The position numbers were made by a program, and so were the translations under genes. From a virus (Duplodnaviria > Heunggongvirae > Uroviricota > Caudoviricetes): a DNA stretch of 7,432 nt. The stretch lies in IMG/VR virus record IMGVR_UViG_2548876951_000007. One strand, written 5' to 3'. How positions within the stretch are numbered: the stretch's first letter is position 1; every line of letters begins with the position of its first letter. Positions 6,436 through 7,432 of the stretch are shown here, in pieces. Below the pieces are notes generated by a model, which searched no databases, was not told where the DNA came from, and was given only the letters and a program-made list of their open reading frames with translations.

Positions 6436-6616
6436 TTTCCCATACCAACCCATCCCGTCCCACACAATACAGGGCAATACCTCGAGTTACCAGGCAGTGG
6501 TCAGGGGTTAAGTAGCCAGCCCGAGGCGTAAGAACATGACGGCAGGGTTCAACTTTAATAACTATGCAGCAGGTTTTTGTTCCGCTACCCCGGCGTTAAG
6601 GGGAAATGAGGTCAGC

Positions 6617-6769
6617 ATGGATACTATCGAGCTTGGCAACAACGAATCTCTGGTATGCGGCGTGTTTCCCAACCAGGACGGCACGTTTACCGCGATGACA
6701 TATACCAGAAGCAAAACGTTTAAAACTGAAGCTGGCGCGCGTCGCTGGTTAACCAGAAACACTGACTGA
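6617..6769 (+). CDS. small early-operon protein (about 50 aa; possibly YdaF/YdaG-like)
   Basis: ATG 6617-6619 with GAGG about 7 nt upstream; first gene downstream of the rightward promoter. An alternative start at ATG 6536 (77 aa) also has GAGG 9 nt upstream. No motif recognised. Confidence 0.45.
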   Translation: MDTIELGNNESLVCGVFPNQDGTFTAMTYTRSKTFKTEAGARRWLTRNTD

Positions 6770-6780
6770 TGAGGTTGACG

Positions 6781-7101
6781 ATGGAATTTAAAGATTTACC
6801 AGTACCATTCCAGGAAATGGCATCGAATGTGGTTCGCTCTCAACTGGCGACTCTTGACCTGAGTACCGTAGAAAAAGAAACCATCGACAATATATCCGGT
6901 AACGTACGCCGAGCCTTTATCGGGCTGTACGAAGAGAAGCAGCTCTCTGATAACCAGGATTTACATGAAAAATACTTCCTGGATCTAATGGACATCATTG
7001 ATAAGGGGTTTGGCTTGTTAATGAAAAAGAAAGGGATTCGAATAGAACCCCTTGAAAATTACTTTGCAACAAAAAGCATTAATTCTTTTGATTCAAAATA
7101 A
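6781..7101 (+). CDS. hypothetical protein (106 aa)
   Basis: ATG 6781 with GAGG about 6 nt upstream, 12 nt after the stop of the preceding small gene (operon-like spacing). The track start at 6769 is an upstream in-frame ATG without an SD. Its 3-prime end overlaps the convergent ORF 7079..7354 by 23 nt. Confidence 0.45.
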   Translation: MEFKDLPVPFQEMASNVVRSQLATLDLSTVEKETIDNISGNVRRAFIGLYEEKQLSDNQDLHEKYFLDLMDIIDKGFGLLMKKKGIRIEPLENYFATKSINSFDSK

Positions 7102-7354
7102 GAGAATTAATTACAGACTTAACATGCTCTTTCTCATGATTGAAGCTCTCATGATTGAAAGTGCCGGGTTGAAGCGAGTCGATATAATCAACAAGACTCT
7201 GTCGTACGACTTCATTTTTATCCATAACAGATGCAAGAAATGAAATTGCTAAAAGAGTTATATCACTACGCGCCGCAGCATGTTGCAATGCTTTATCAAA
7301 ATTATTAATCTGGCGTATCAGGGAGTTAATGATTTCATCATTTTCAGTCGACAT
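7079..7354 (-). CDS. hypothetical protein (91 aa)
   Basis: ATG 7352-7354 preceded by a strong SD (AGGAGGG, about 5 nt spacer). The track ORF extends to the window edge (7432) without a start there, so the internal ATG with the SD is taken as the start. AT-rich, acidic N-terminus; function unknown. Confidence 0.45.
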   Translation of the reverse strand: MSTENDEIINSLIRQINNFDKALQHAAARSDITLLAISFLASVMDKNEVVRQSLVDYIDSLQPGTFNHESFNHEKEHVKSVINSLILNQKN

Positions 7355-7432
7355 TTCACCCTCCTGAGGGTTGGTGATTAAGGAGTTCTCCACGGGTGAG
7401 GTGGAGTGCGTGCGCCGGACACGGGTGAGCAT

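Noticed and set aside
6562-6762. Minus-strand 66-aa ORF
   Set aside because: Antisense to the small rightward gene and without promoter or SD context.
7052-7243. Plus-strand 63-aa ORF
   Set aside because: Overlaps both convergent ORFs in another frame; AT-rich and low-complexity.
1-7432. Absence of GCCGGC (the NgoMIV site) in the window as evidence of site avoidance
   Set aside because: Only about two occurrences are expected by chance in 7.4 kb, so zero is not significant. RCCGGY variants (ACCGGT near 1507, GCCGGT near 4892 and 5155) are present. Specificity cannot be inferred from this window.
1-7432. CRISPR arrays, tRNA or rRNA genes, integrase or transposase
   Set aside because: No regularly spaced repeat-spacer arrays, no cloverleaf-like conserved tRNA features noticed, and no ORF with recombinase or transposase motifs. 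The only tandem repeats are the 15-bp iterons and the short duplication near 7126-7159.

Overview
This window looks like the early (immunity and replication) region of a Rac-like lambdoid prophage from an enterobacterium, carrying an inserted cargo block. From right to left on the minus strand there is a leftward operon: a Cro-like HTH gene (YdaS-like), a YdaT-like gene, and a replication-initiator gene with an N-terminal winged helix and five 15-bp iterons embedded in its coding sequence. Facing it on the plus strand is a 158-aa RacR-like repressor, flanked on both sides by mirror-image outward promoters, each overlapped by three TAGG-N5-CCTA operator-like dyads. Downstream of the replication gene, where a helicase loader would normally sit, the operon continues into a cargo block: a 141-aa HTH protein, a QueH-like (DUF208) Fe-S protein, and a complete Type II restriction-modification pair (C5-cytosine methyltransferase followed 13 nt later by an NgoMIV/Cfr10I-family endonuclease), closed by a strong intrinsic terminator. 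The R-M genes are visibly lower in GC than the replication genes, which suggests a horizontally acquired moron. The most unusual element is the QueH-like gene sitting between the replication module and the R-M pair. No tRNA, rRNA, CRISPR array, integrase or transposase is evident. All homology statements rest on motif recognition and recalled Rac synteny, not on a database search.
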